A stretch of DNA of 64,000 nt from Trichoplax sp. H2 (taxonomy: Eukaryota). Location of the stretch: contig NOWV01000029.1 of assembly GCA_003344405.1 (NCBI GenBank), positions 1 to 64,000 of the forward strand, written 5' to 3'. The position numbers and the translations under genes were made by a program. Numbering within the stretch: position 1 is the first letter of the stretch; the number at the start of each line of letters is the position of its first letter. Under the pieces are notes generated by a model, which did no database searches, had not been told where the DNA came from, and saw nothing but the letters and a program-made list of their open reading frames with translations. Positions 38,123 to 53,567 of the stretch are shown piece after piece.

Positions 38123-39468
38123 CAATCCACAATTAATGTCAACATTCAACTTGCTCTAGCCATTCTAACCGAGCCACAACCTAACCAAGGTAAATGACTT
38201 TTCCTATGCCCTGTAGAACAGATGATAATGACAGTCAATAGATTGTGAGAGCTCTAAGTTGTATTAATAACAAACTGACTGATCGATTACAAATTGCAAG
38301 ATCATTCGATAAGATCCAATGTATTGACTATCGCTTAATCATTTATTTTTAATTCTTTTAGCCTGGTAGACTTACATTTTAAAATTGAATCTTTTATCTT
38401 TAATAGTTGGATACGTATAGATAAATGTACTAGAGTTGAATACAGTTGTCCTTTTCTATTTCTTCTCTATATTAAAATGAACGAGTGTTGAAATAATTTT
38501 GGATCCAGGTACAACTCTGTAGATATGCAATCGATTAGCCCACTCACAAAATTAAAAACATCGTTTATTAGATTTACAGTCAAAGTAGATTTGACATTAA
38601 ATTTCTCAAATGAAACGATTGCATACATTATTGATGTATTGCAGGCTCTCACTTGAATTATTCTGACCGATAAAGAACATCCAATGCAAGATTAATTGGT
38701 ATTTGCAATTGTAACAATCCTATTGTAAACTGCACCAGCTCATCTTACAATACTACCTTGAGCTTGATTGGATTGGCTCAGGAAAGTCTGCCCAACTTTG
38801 TGGTATACAGTATACATTAAATTAAGAAGAAAATACATCGAAATCAAGGTGAGAGGATATCACATGTAATATTGCTAGAGTAGAAAGGCTTACAATAACA
38901 GTAGTAATGGAACGTTGAGCGATAAATAAAAAATAAATCTCAACTTCTGTCACCATATTATCATTCATTTCTCATCAAACTGCTTCTTTCAATAATGGTG
39001 TAATACAAGTACTGTACAATAGGATAATATTGTACAAATACATACATACTAATTCTATCTTAAAACAAATTTTGTCAACGTATGAAGTAAAGCTGGTACA
39101 ATGAAAAGGCAATACAGTACACTAAAGTTTATTTGAAGATAAATAACCGTTGTCTGTGTTACTGCACAGTAGTCGAGTTACTACAATCCATGTAGCAAAT
39201 AAGTTAGCAATTTGTAACAAATTATCCAAATTGTTAAAACACAATATTTAGAATTATTCAAATTCTAATTTTTATTCATTGTAAACTTGATCTCCAGTAA
39301 ACTGCTTATTCGTCTTGATAGTACATTACAATACTAATGTAGCAAATGGACCACAATAACAACTATCTTCCCTTTATCATGCAGCCTTGTAAGATGATGA
39401 TTCGCTAACGTCAATTCTAACCAATTTACAGCCTTAAGCTGATTTACAGCAAATTCCTCAATACCGTT

Positions 39469-42400
39469 ATGGCTACGTCTAATTATACGCAACCCATTAA
39501 CAACAGTCATGGACAAAGTCACTCGCCTAACAGTAACAAAAATCTTTATCAAACAAATGCTAAATCCGATACCACCAGAAAATATGATGATGGTAATAAG
39601 CGGAGAAATGTTTATCATATCACTTGCTATAAACTAAATTAAATTAACTTCTCCCTTTGTATTTGTATTACTACATTTACATTATTAAATTTAGACTTAA
39701 CATTGTAAAATCGATTCTGTAATACTTTTAATCGCATAACTCATCTTATGGCAATATAGCTGCGTATACAAAAGTTCACTCTCATAATATAGGACTATAC
39801 TTTCGTTATTGATATGCTATATTACCTTAATATCAATATAAATACTGATTATTTTCTCTTCTAGTTAACTTATCCGATTTAGAACAGAAAATTAACGAAA
39901 ATATTGGAAGTATTCTTGGCAACAGCTATCGGTCGTCGATTATTCAGACATCCTTTGCTGATTTCCATTTGAACAGTCCCATAATATTTGGAAAGGAAGA
40001 AAGTCGATCAGACCAAATTTTAGGCAATTCTAAAAGATCACTCCATCAAATGAAGAAAAGACAGAAAAATTTAGACGATGATACCGAATTATCCGCTCTA
40101 AGACCTTCCATTTTGCCGTCAAGTTTGGATTTCTCCTTAAAAAGTACTACAGATGATTTAAGCAATTTGGGTAAGTTTTGAAATCTTTGCACCTAAAGTT
40201 CTAGTAATGACATACTCTTGGTAGATTAAGTAGTTAGCAGTTCTTTGAGTAATTATCTCTTGGTGACTATTTGATTATAATTGCCAGTAATACCGTTTAC
40301 ATTCTACCCTCCTTTGCTATCACCTACAGATATTAGAACTGATTTTGAAACTTTAAGTATGCAAGAAGGTAAAAGACAAGCGCATGAAGATAGCCATGAG
40401 AGTACTAATAACTTAAAGGAATACTTTACTCATCAGCATTCGTATGGCTTAACTGATACTAATATTGGTAACGATGCTGACGCTTCCAGTACATCTCTTA
40501 ATATTAGTACAAATATCCAAGGTATTAATCAATCTGATACATCCCAAAATACCAACGACAGAAATTCTAATACTAGTACCCCAACCTATCAACACACGTC
40601 CGGTCGACGAACTCCTCTATGGATTACTACTATGATGAAATCAGATCCTAACAGACCACCTTCAAGGCAAGCGATTGATTCTACTACTGTAGACTCTCAT
40701 GAGATCGATAATAATTCTAAACATAAAGATAACGTAGTAGAACAAGCTACGAAACTGTTAGAAACTACGCGACATTTTGTCAGTAATAATTTCAATATTG
40801 GACCATTAACTACAAATTCAAAATCCCTCGATCATGACAATCGTCGTAACAGTGGTTCGAATAAATTATTTGATGATAATATTAAAAGGTCTACGCTACC
40901 AACACCAGAGGTACATTACAATAATCTTAGCGATGAATTACAAAAGAAGGGACGTAAAAGAGATTATGCTAAATCTATAGGATCTGCTAGTATCGCTGTA
41001 GATGGAGAAGCGTTCATTAATCAAATAAAAACTAATATACACTTAGAGGATGGCGCAGAAACCGGTCAAACCCCCGATAACAATCAATCCAAGACCTCAG
41101 GTGGTATCTCATCCAGTGCATTTAACGGCCCTAGAACAATATTAAAAAATAACGCTAAATTGACTCAAAATAGTATGAGCAACGAAGACGAAAATTTAGG
41201 AACACCAAAGCTACTACTAAAATATACCACTCCATCCGTTGGTAAACCTCCGGTAAATTTTAATGATAAACAAATGTCATGGGAAGCGGTCAGCGAATTT
41301 GATCCACTTGTTAATGAACCAGACTCTATTCATAGTCAGCTAGCTTCAGTTGGCGGCAACTTATCCTTAGACACTATCCTATGGCCTGATACAACACCTA
41401 AAATTGATAAAACATCCAAAGTGATATTATCCCAGGAAAATAAAACCGAAAAAGTTGGTATTCCGTCAGAAAGTAAAGAGTTAAACAGTGTAGCTGAATC
41501 TATTGCATTTAATCAACAGCTAGAGAACGTTACCTCCGTATTAAATACTATCGAAATTCCCAACAGGAACATAAAAATAGAAAATACAAGTCTTGATAAT
41601 TCAATGCATCGTAGCACTAAAACTAACGAGTTGCCTCCAGATTTTTCAGTTGATACCAACAATAAAGACGTTGTTAGTACTGTTCCTAAGATCACTCAAG
41701 ATTCGAAAATTGAAGTTTCGTTGGTAGATCAACGTACTCTTCGTGATACTAACGATCCGACATCAACTAAGCAAACAAATGATAACTCGGATCAAACAAC
41801 AGGCTATCTTTCATTAGAGGAGCAGATTAAGGCTAAAATTGATATGCTCAATAATTTAGAAATAAGTTGGAGATCAAGCCTTCCAAATCAAGATGATATT
41901 TTTAAGGAATCACAATTTGCAAATGATATTACTAATCCTTTCGATACGGATACGGGATCAGCAGTATTTCATACTCCTATTGGAGTAAATATCACTCTTA
42001 GCAATGAAGAATTTGGACTACAAACTGAAAATTTGGAAGAAATATTAAACAAGGAGGAAGCCAAGCTTGCTGCAGAACACGCAAGTAACGACACAGTACA
42101 CGGAAGCGAAACCGAGCTTATAAATGAAAACAATTTATCTCTCATTAACGCTAACATATCTAACTATCAAGGTGAAGATAATAAATTTTCTCCGAATACA
42201 TACTTCAACCTAAAAACAGAACCTTTGGGCAACCTAACCGGAAAAGTAGATAGGCAATCCGAACGTCCGTTGTTTGGAATTGATCATGATATCGTAACTC
42301 CTCCTGCTGCACCCCCTGCAACTTTGCTGTCAGGCAGTGGTAAGCGTTCACTTTCATCAAAGGAAAATTTAGACGGTACAATTCATTTGGCCTCAAAAAC

Positions 42401-45400
42401 CATTCCTGCTAATAGCGAAAACGACGTAAAAGCCGCTACAGTTAATAAAATGACATTGGAACCCTTTGATGGTGATTTAGATTCGAATATATCAGAAATA
42501 GATTTTCAACAAAGAATTGATGAGAAGAAATTAATAGATAAAATCGATAAATTTCTCACTGGCGATTCGATCATGCTAGACACGGAAATAATAAATGCTA
42601 AACAGCACGCCAACTACAAAGATGTAGCGGATGAGCTGCACGCAATAGAACATTTTGATGATGGAATGCTTGATTATAAAGAATTCGTAAATGCAACGTC
42701 CGGAAAACCTATTACGTATGATCCTTCGAAATCAGAACTACTAGTTGATAGAACATACGAGCATTATGGAAATAAGCAGATTGATTCATCACAACTATTG
42801 ATGACCTCTGGTCATAGTAAGTTTGACAAAAAAGTAAATTTAGATTTCAATAACCATAGACATGAGAAAAATCTAGGTAACGGCATCAGCAACAATGATA
42901 AATATGTAATTACGAGGGAACAGTCCGTACACAATAACGAGAACAGGCATGAAACCTTAAACACCTTAGGTAAAAATATAAAAGTTACTTAAATATGTAA
43001 AAGAAATAATTCAACTATTTATTTGCTTTTTGAACACTTACTAATCTCTTTAAAAGCGCAATTCCATATAGCAAATAATTTCAATCTGATGCTAATCTTA
43101 TATCAACCGAGGCACAGATTGATTGAACCAAAAATTTTCTTAGTTTTATTTCATCTATCAAAATTTATAATCCTATAGGCTCAAGGATCGATGAAATATT
43201 AAGATCAGGTGGTAGAATATCGCCTGCGTATGATAAGCGAATTAGCAGCGTTGATAAAACCAAGGATCAGCATTCATACGGCGATTACCCACCGACGTCT
43301 CTAGAAAACTCAAATTTTGCAATATGGAAGAACAAAGTAAGAAGTATACTAAATGATCATGATGCAGAACTACATAATGCACATGATACAATTGTGCGAG
43401 TAATTCCTTCTCCGAGAACAAAGCCAGAAAGTAGTACATCGCAAGATGTTACGCAAAATAGTAATTTATATCCGGAGGTGGTGGCACCGTCTACGTTATA
43501 TTTTCCTAAACCTTGTTGCATTGGATTTCGTGCTGTCACTAATCTTACCGTACATAATGTCAACAAACTGTGGGTACAATGCATCTTATCGTTATCATAC
43601 CAAACTTTAAATGGCCAAGACTATTCTCAATCAGTGTTCGAAGTTAAAGATAGAATTATACTCAGGCCTAATGGAGATGAACAGATGGAGGTTGAACTCC
43701 GGCTTCTTTATATACTAGCTACCTAAAAATTTAAAATTTTGTAAGAACATTTTATAATTTATTACATATTTAATTAGGTTAATTTTAGACCTACAAACGA
43801 AGGAGTTCACGTTGGGCAATTTAGGTTATATTATGCATTAGCAACAGAACCTAAAACTGATTTTAGAAGCTGGCCGTTTGTTGATGTACAAACACACGGC
43901 AAAGCTGAGTATCCGCGACTGGAGGTAATTCACATTAATACATATGGGCAAAAATTGTAAGTAGAAAATAGCTTCTATCTTACCAGCATCGAAAATGAAA
44001 TCTTTTTTTAATGTATCATAGATTACTTCCAAAGATCTTTCAAACAACTCCTTGGATTTTAAAGTTGTAGCAGTAGATAGCCGTAAATCTATACCAATAA
44101 ACATTGTCAATAAAGGAACTACGGAGATACCACTCCGTTTAACAATTGTTGCTGTAAGATGCACTATGCCGTACAAAATTATTGGTGTTAAATATCTGAA
44201 TTATTAATAATTCACCGTCTTATATGATATATAGTCTCCGTCCAATTCTGGATACTTTACCTTGGGATTGAACCATTTGCCTGAAAGGATAATCAATGTT
44301 GAAGAATTGAGTCAGCCTGGTACCACCGTTCTTAGTGTCTTGATTCCCAAACAATACGGCACTCAGGTATAAAGTTACATTCCATTTCACGTAACAGTAG
44401 GGTGATGCGCTTTTTTAATTTAAAAAATATCTTTTATTTTAAACACATTTGTTACTTCATGAAACGCCCAAGTCTAATGCCATGGATTACCAAACGATCT
44501 GGGTCCATTTTACTGCTCCTAGATGGCATAGTGGTAATTATAATTGTCAAAAATTTTAATACCGATGACGTATATATTCCGCTAGCCATCGTAATTATAA
44601 GAGATTTTCTAATATTTTACAAAGGCGAATTATCTCCCTATGAAGAGTTCTACGCGCGAATAAGTTGCAAACTGGACAGTAACTTTAATGGTATGCTTTA
44701 ACATATCAGTTTCACACTAAAGCGATTTGATCTATTAGCGCCTTTATAGAATCATTAGTATACTATTAACTAATCCTACTATTTTCCTACAATAGACCTG
44801 GAATCAACTACATGCTTTCCATCTTTAGAAGTGAAAGCTCGTATTGGAATACCAAGACTGCATGTACCTCGCAGTTTACAAGTTAGTGTACAACGCTTGC
44901 TGTAATAAATTAGCTTATACGACTATTATATTGCATATGTTTAAGTCTTTTGTAAAATCAATTTTTCTGTCGATCACCAATCATTCTCATAAATTTTTAT
45001 CAACATAAATTATGCAGAATATCAATCTTAGTTGCCCAATTGGTCAACAGGATAGTATTGAAGTACCACTAATGAACGCCGGTAGCATCAATAGCAACGT
45101 AGCAATAGCAGTTGATGGATACCGAGATTCATTTACGGCTATACCGAAATCATTGCATTTAGACACAGGAGAGGTAACTCGTAATTTAGATATTTTTATT
45201 TAATTTAAATGGCGTTAATATTTTTTGCAAATTTCTGTTGCAGACAAAGTGCATTAGGATTACATTTTCTCCTACATCATACGTTCGTAGAATCGAAGGG
45301 TAACTTTAAAATCATACACTGCCTTGTTTAAATGCCTTTTGATTTAACTGACCTTACGCTTTAATGAAATTACAGTCGTCTCATTTTGCATTGCCAACCT

Positions 45401-48400
45401 TTTGGTCCTGACTATGAGCTTAACCTCTCCGGCTACACTCTGAAGAAACGAACGGATTCTGAGCAAATTAATATTCAACCTAGCAATACAAAGTCGGTAT
45501 CGACTTCGTCTTCTTTATTTAAGATAAATTTTCAAATCATAACAAGCCCCTAGTTGTTTTCACCTAAAGCTTAATTCATCCTTTAACTATCCTAGCTTTC
45601 TATTATGTAACAAGTCATTAGTAGATTGGGGTTGTGTCAACCTTCAGCAAACTAAGTGAGTTCTGATGTGTTTCATTGATTTTTACTATTCGATGTGTTA
45701 GTAAATACTCATAAGTTATGTCCGATGTGCAGGGAGCAGATTTTATCGCTGCGTAATTCGTCTGATTCCAGTTTAAGATTGAAGATGACTATCAAAGATG
45801 AACAATATTTCGCTGTATGGCTTGTGCTATTTGTTCCTTAAGATCTAGGCTGCAATCTATTAAAATGTATTAATATTAAAATTGAAACTTATTAATGCCT
45901 TTAATAGCTACGAAATTCTATCACATATGAGAATTATGGCTCAAAGGACCCTTATTTCAGCATTAAACCGAAGGTTATTGTCACTATAACAATATCATAT
46001 TAAACTTTATCAATCACACTAAATACTTTATTGTGACGTTCTTACATAAACTTAATTTCGATCAAAATTTTTGTAAATGACTAATGGCATTCACAGGAGA
46101 ACTATCATGTACGCATAGCATTTATTCCAAATGCTATTAAATTTTTCCGATCAGAATTGTTAATTACCTGCATGGAATCAAATACTGATTATCAGGTATA
46201 GTGTTGCTATTCGAAAGCCAACATTACATTCATTAGATTTTTTACCAATGCTAACTGCGTCTCATTTTACTAAATTAAAAACATCTAGATTCCTCTTCAA
46301 GGCTATGGTGGAACGTCTCAAATCGGTTTACTTGGTGTGCGCGAATTAGCTGATGGCTACTTTGCGAAATTGGACGAGGTAATGTAGATTCGAAAGGAAG
46401 ATATACTGTCATTTCAATTTCTACAAATCGCATGCTTATTATTAGTACACAATATAGATTGTAACGCTTTATGTTTTTTTATATTAGCTTAGCGCTAATA
46501 GGTTAAGTGTTGTTAGATTTACAATTACCAATACTGGTGATCGAGCTGCTTTCGTAAAACTCATCGGCTACGACGGTAAGTTAATTGTGCAAGACCATAT
46601 TAGAACATACGAGTATAATTTCTGTACCATGTTTAAACGATTCATTCTTAACCGACTCTTCATTAGATGAACAAAAAACTAGAATTAGCGGCCTCGATAG
46701 ATTAGTTATCATACCAGATGAATTTGTCATAGCAGATAATGCTGAAAAGGTAACCATATTGATCTAAAATACTTATATGCATAATACTTGTATTTGTCGC
46801 AATTACGGTAAGATTTTATCAACCGGCGCAGCTTATGACTTTGATATTCATTTTTTTTATTAGACTTTTATAGTTGCAATACTTTCTATCACTAAGTTAC
46901 GTTATATTTTTATAGAATATTGTTGTAAGATTTACTCCAAATCCTGAAGACATTGCAAGATGTAAACGTGGTATAACTTTGATGACAACAATTGTAGCTT
47001 ACACTGGAGATGAGATTTGTAGACAGCGGTACATCAGGTATAGAAAGTATGACCATTTTAGTGTGAAAGCATTTTACAACTATGTATCGGTGGCAAAGTA
47101 TGCTATCATTTGAGATTCAGTAATGGAGTTTCAATTTATCGCCGCACATCTGCAATTTTTAGATGCATAAGTTTATCTAAGAATCTTGTCGAGAGTACGG
47201 AGAATGCAAACGATCAGAATTTTATTGCAACATTCAACAAAAACTATCAGGGGGAACGCCAGACTGACGGTAATTTTACTTATCGGGCGATATTGCATAT
47301 TTTAATAATTTAAGCTCCTATTAAACTATCTTGCATGTCTGATTTAGAAATAAGTGAATATGATGTGGCCGTAAACGACTACAATATCTCCAAATTAAAC
47401 CTTCAAGAAAAAGCTATTTCTCTGATCGCATCTTCAACAGTAGGCGATGATTACATCTCAAAATTTCACAGTATAAGTAATTTGTCAAGCAAACAATCGA
47501 GTGAACCTGAAATATCACTACAAAACATCAATCCCGTAAATCAACCTTCTGTAATGGCAAAACAAAATACCAATCCTGTAAGCCAACCCTCGCCAAGTAT
47601 AGAGAAGATAAAACATGTAGGAAAACTTACGTGAATTTTTAGCGGTTTTCTTTGGTATAACACTTAAAATTTCATTCTCCCTCCCGCATTGTAGGATGCT
47701 ATACCAGAAACAGTCAGTCTAGAAGAAAAGATTCTGAGTGCAGAGAAAGACGACTTATTGATGCAACAGAATGAAAGTAGGCTTTCTTTTAACTTACACT
47801 AGATCAATACATATCAATACGTCACATTGTTGTATGTAATAAAATTAAATCATCTCTTGATGGATCACAATAATGATAGAATCAAGCTGGACGTTGGATC
47901 CGGAACAAATTATTTTAACAGCTCCAACTGTCGGTAAATAAGCTATTTTTACCTAATATAAGATTTGAATCGTTCATGTAAAATTCAATTTACTATCTTC
48001 TGATTTAATTAAATTTTTAGATAATTTTAAAAATATTGCAAGACTGCAAATGGCAAATCTTTCCAATCGTACTTTAAAGTAATTTTGCGTGTATTGCATA
48101 ATATCAAAGAGTAGCATACAAATACCGAATACCTAATTGATGAAGTTGCTAATATTACTAATTAACAATGTTTAAAATTAGATATGAAATGATATGGCCT
48201 GCACATTATTTAACAGTTACTCCAGAAAGTGGAACTATATCTCCAAAGTGGGTCATAAATTACACTTCCAAAATAGTATTTTAAATTCAAAACTCTTTGA
48301 TTAAATAAATTCTTTCGTGCTCCAATACCAAATTCGAAACTTTCTATCGATTTTCTACAGAAGCCATTTGATGATCTTAGTGAGCACACGACCATCCTTA

Positions 48401-50193
48401 GCTACTACAACATTTGATTTACCTTGGTGTGGAATTTTATATGTTGTATGTGATGGCGCTCAAAAGGTATTCTAATATTAAAAATTTAAGCGTATATTGG
48501 CCAACTCTTGCAAGATGCTTTTCATTTACATGATCTTAATACGTGAGCAATCTGTGAATTAGTGTAAATATACTAGTTTTAAGTAAAGAATATTTTCTAC
48601 TCGTAGGCCATTCGAATCCAAATCCGAGAAACCACTAATATTTCTCTTGACGATGAGAAAATGTCTACTAGGCCACCTATTAGTGGCCGCCGAACAAAAT
48701 TTGGCATCGTACATAATGAAAAAAATACCACCACGGTAGCTGACAGAGTTTTAGATTTTCCAAACACGATCATCGGCAATGTATCCGGTAATATTGTTAA
48801 TATCGTTTAAAATTCAGTTACAGAAATCTAGCCGATACTTTGACTAATATTTCATTTTTCGCTTTCTTAGAGACCAATTTTCACATCAGTAATTCTTCTA
48901 CTATTCCTTTAAAATGGAACTTAACCTCACTGACTCCTGCATATATTAAGGTTAGATCAAGATGACCGGACGCATCTTTCACTAGCTACAGCCACGAGTT
49001 TGACATGCAGCATATTAAACATTATTATATCTAGGAGAATAAGACAGAGGAAGTTTATCGAACTGGCCATACGGCTTTTAACTTCAGTAATATCTATGGC
49101 ATATTAGACCGACACGATTCTATCACAGTAAAATGAATGCTATTACTTAGCAAACTTTTTTAATCGATATCTATATATTACCCAATATTTCTCTATTATC
49201 TTATGGAACCGCACTTTATCCATATAGGTGAAAGTCAGATTTGCGCCTAACGAGATTGGTTGCTATTCCCAATTTTGGGATTTGGAGGTAAAAGAAATTA
49301 TGAGTGAACTGAGCCACAGTAGCTACTTGATATACTCATCGTCTGATAGTATTTTTAATGTTTATAGTCTGACCTAATCTTTAATGATACCTTTAGACTC
49401 AGCCTAGGGAATTCACTGGTATTTCTGAAAAACCCACGAAAACTAGAGTTCACTTGAAGGGAGAGGTATTAAAAATGATGCGGGTGCTTTTCACAGTGGT
49501 TTATTGGCTAGTACTTTATTTGCTATTATATATCGCTTTAGTGTATCAGAAGGATCAAAGAAAGGAAAATATCATTACGATATCGAGATTACCTAAAAAG
49601 TGATGATGCGAAGGTTTCTTCAGAATCTATTAAGCTCAATCAAGAGCAAATTCTGACTACTATCCAGCAAAAGCAAGACGAGCCTACAAGGGATATGAAA
49701 GAAACATTGAATGATGAGAAAAGCAGTGAATCTCACAAGCGAAAAAATATATATTTTAAGGAAGAAAAGGTAGTATTCCCGAAAACTCTTATTGGTAAAT
49801 CATCAACCATCAAAGTAAAATTATGTAACAGTGCAAAAGTACCACATATTGTAAGTATTAATCAAGTATCATTCGTATCTCGTTAAGTAATACTATAAAT
49901 TGTGTATTACATTTTCCATTTTAATTGCTAGGTAACGGTTCTCACTCCGCCGATTCCCTTTTCTGTCAGACACCACTCCTTCACTATTAAGTATGGTTTC
50001 AAATGTCGATTTATTTCTATTATCACTTCTGTCCTAATACAGTTGCTATTATTTTATTTCTAGACCTAGACACTATATAAGACTACCCATTACTTATGCC
50101 CCTACAAGAGCTAATTCTGAATCAAAGTGCTTTTTGGTCATCACAACAGCCTCAAATGAAACTGTTAATCTACAGTTATTTGGGTCTGCCTGA
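39469..50193 (+). CDS. CEP192: Centrosomal protein CEP192 / SPD-2 orthologue, multi-exon with a 2.64-kb internal exon
   Basis: Exons 39469-39592, 39865-40170 and 40330-42969 encode a low-complexity N-terminus. Many small exons follow with SPD2/ASH-domain motifs IPLQGYGGTSQI, ITNTGDRAAFVK, GDEICRQRY, TPAYIK, YSQFWDLE and the C-terminal domain IYFKEEKVVFPKT..KVKLCN..PPIPFSVRHHSFTIKPRHYIRLPITYAP..LFGSA*. Start codon uncertain; probable 5'UTR exons end near 38189 and 38848. Confidence 0.9.
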
Positions 50194-50218
50194 TAAAATT
50201 TTAATTACAACCCATATA

Positions 50219-51609
50219 AATTATATCACCAACCGGAAAAAATTTTTAACTACGTAAGTTTCCGATAGACTAGCATTCCTATCGATGATCTATGCTAAAG
50301 CATTTTTGTTTTATTGTAGTACTGCTTCAGTATATGTAAAATAATAGCTGTCTACCGCAAAACTTTTTTCGATAGTAGAATAATATCACAGTAATATAAT
50401 ATTTAAGTTATATATGATATGTATTTTTTTCTGTTTGTAAGGTATATGATATAGTATACTTTATATCAATAGTCGATATTATAGCGGTTTGGTACTCAAA
50501 ATTATATCTCTTTCCTGACAAGATCTNNNNNNNNNNNNNNNNNNNNAAGGAAAGTGATCCATTGGTCACCATAACCACTCCTGTACTATTATTGGCAGTC
50601 AGAAGTTGTATGCAGAGCATGATTTCATGTATAGCCATTACGGTTTCATCAGTTATAAATTGTTTTAAAAATTAATTACTAATTTGAAATATAAGTTAAT
50701 GATTTCAAATTCCAGATTGATAGGCAAGTCTGATGATATCTGTTAATGTTAAAATTGATAAAAACCAGTAAAAAACAAAACGGGGTTAATCATTTTTACC
50801 GTATGCTGCAAATGAAAAGCGTACCAACGTAGTCATATCATTTTTTGATAACATATAATAAAAGAATTTTATCTTCTAAACAGGAAGAAATTCTTATGCA
50901 TGATGTTTATTTCACAAATTTGAAATATAAACGTCAATGTAACTATCGATTTCTATATATGCCTACCACTGTCATATTGTGAGTAATAAACAACACTGTC
51001 AGCATCGTTATACCATGTTATGTTACATTCGTTATTTAAATAGTTTAGTTGGAGAGTGCAGGGGTAGTAACTAGCTTATTTCGTATTGGGAAATAAACAG
51101 AATTATTCTGTATTCTCTCACCATATCTATGCTATGCCAAGTAATCGCAGCTACAACTCGTAGAGATATTAAAGTTATCGTTCTAAAAGCATATTACTTT
51201 AGCTTCAGATGACCTCATGAACAAAATTTAAAGACTCAGCAATTAAAATAATACATATTAAAAATTATATCTCTNNNNNNNNNNNNNNNNNNNNAATTAT
51301 ATCACCAACCGGAAAAAATTTTTAACTATGTAAGTTTCCGATAGACTAGCATTCCTATCGATGATCTATGCTAAAGCATTTTTGTTTTATTGTAGTACTG
51401 CTTCAGTATATGTAAAATAATAGCTGTCTACCGCAAAACTTTTTTTGATAGTAGAATAAAACTTAATATCACAGTAATATAATATTTAAGTTATATATGA
51501 TATGTATTTTTTTCTGTTTGTAAGGTATATGATATAGTATACTTTATATCAATAGTCAATATTATAGCGGTTTGGTACTCAAAATTATATCTCTTTCCTG
51601 ACAAGATCT
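50219..51609. other. Probable assembly artefact: haplotype duplicates around two 20-N gaps
   Basis: 50219-50526 matches 51295-51609. The gap-bounded block 50547-51274 matches 58590-59225. Differences are SNPs and small indels only. Confidence 0.8.
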
Positions 51610-52399
51610 GGTATTTGCCTCGTAGAATATAAGTTATCCTCATTTGTTTCAATAATTTTGTGCTATCGATCTTTTTTGTACCAGCTTTATATAAGCAATT
51701 TTCTGTCTTTGATTTTAATTGTAAAGCAGCTAATACTGTAAACAGAATTTTATATCAATTGCCAATAACTTATTTTATAGTACGAACTTCTGCGATCCAT
51801 CGTCACAATTGTATTATATATATACTTTTAATATCAACGAATGGAATTAAAAAATTTTATAGAGTAGACTGCTAGCCACTATTATAATATATAACCACTG
51901 TTTTATAGTTAATTTATGTTAAATCAATCCGTTATCATATTGAGCTTTGCTTAATTCATATTTTATTAATTACATAAATAAAGACTAAACTTTAACATCT
52001 CGTGAAAACATCGCTTGGTTATACTATGAGTGATCATTTTTAATTGTAGCAAACAAGATTAAGATCAACATTGACTATGGCACTTTGAAATCCAAACTAG
52101 CACACCTGATATTAGACTGTTTCATTTCAGTAATGAATACCGACGAAAAGATAGATAAATGAGTATCAATTTAAGTGTATAATGCCTGAGGAGATCTAAC
52201 TAGTTAAATTATTTGACGTATAATCATAAATTTTAATATGAGAAGGAGAAAATATAATACGTGATATTTCAAAAATAACGCATGGTATACATTGATTCTT
52301 TAATTTAGCTTTGTATTCATAACATCTCATATTTTAGATCAAATTTACAAAGGTAGCCGGTTCTATGAGGGAGATATCAAATAGATATCCAAAGAATCT

Positions 52400-53567
52400 T
52401 TAGTAACATGCTTCTGGTGGCCATTTCAGCATTTTAGATAAACCACCGTAGCCTCTCGCATTTGGTGCGTAACGACCATAAATCTCTAGATTGCATTGGC
52501 CTTGCGTAGATCGATGGCCAACTTCCTGAGAGGTAGTTTTCGGAAAGGGCTTCGCCGATTTAGACTGAACCTTATTTTGGATTGGGGGTAGCTTAACAAC
52601 ATCTATACCTCCTGCATGACCTTTTTTCTCCATTTCTTTCCTCCTCTTTTCTCTTTCGTCATCAATCAACTAAAGACGATCAAAGTTTGAAATACAGAAG
52701 AATATTACCTAACTAAAATTGCTGTCATTCACCTGTTATAAGCTAACTATAACTATTATTGGTCATTTGATTATAAGTACGAAACACTAATCTCAAGGAT
52801 ATTATACAACGTAAAAAATATATATGATATAATTTTCCTAATCTATACGCTACGGACAACCAGCCATATCAAATAGACATTAGATAACTCGATATCGATA
52901 CTCTTCATATAAAAAATACTCAATAACTTACTGCCTTGAAGCCTCCTCCTGTCAAAAAGCCCCACGTCTCTGGCCATCTTTTAGCGGCTCCCCTCTCCGC
53001 TAAGATATGATCACTCCTATAGTGCAAGATAATAAAATCAAATTCTTTAAATCTATGTTCCTTTTTAGAATTAAGAAATACGACAAATGGATTAAATAAG
53101 TAAAAATTAGATGATGAAAATTAGATCATTGCTTAAAATTTAAGTAAGCGGAAAATAGTTTTAAAGAAATTACTAGCATTTTTTACTTATCTATTTTCTA
53201 TATATTTGGAGTAAACAATACTCTTTAGCTGCTACTTGTATATTAAAAAGAGTACTAAGTTTATGATTCCTATTTAAAATCGACTTAAGTTAAGAAAATG
53301 ACGATGAACTAGTAAGAATAAATGTTAAAATTAATTTTTTTTCCTATATAGTATTCTAGTTCGCTATACTTGAAACATTTTTATTTAAGTAATTTATTTC
53401 CTTTATTGTGAATGATTTACAGCGGTACAATAAGCTGTTATAGCAATATTTTCACAATGTAATCTATCGTGTATATCTATCCTGATATTTAACATAACGA
53501 CTTTAGATTTATCTTACCATATCTGATTACGATGGACAAAATTTAGTTGATTTTTATAATTGACCAT
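52400..53567 (-). CDS. CIMIP1: Ciliary microtubule inner protein 1-like (C20orf85/LLC1 family), 134 aa, 3 coding exons
   Basis: Exons 53567-53518, 53016-52932 and 52669-52400 give NFVHRNQIWSDHILAERGAAKRWPETWGFL..PFPKTTSQEVGHRS..LKWPPEACY. This matches the family pattern (W..E..A...WP..WGFL, P.TT...IGWRS, terminal L.WP). Confidence 0.75.

Noticed and set aside
41513..43584. Several minus-strand ORFs
   Set aside because: They are antisense shadows of CEP192 exons.
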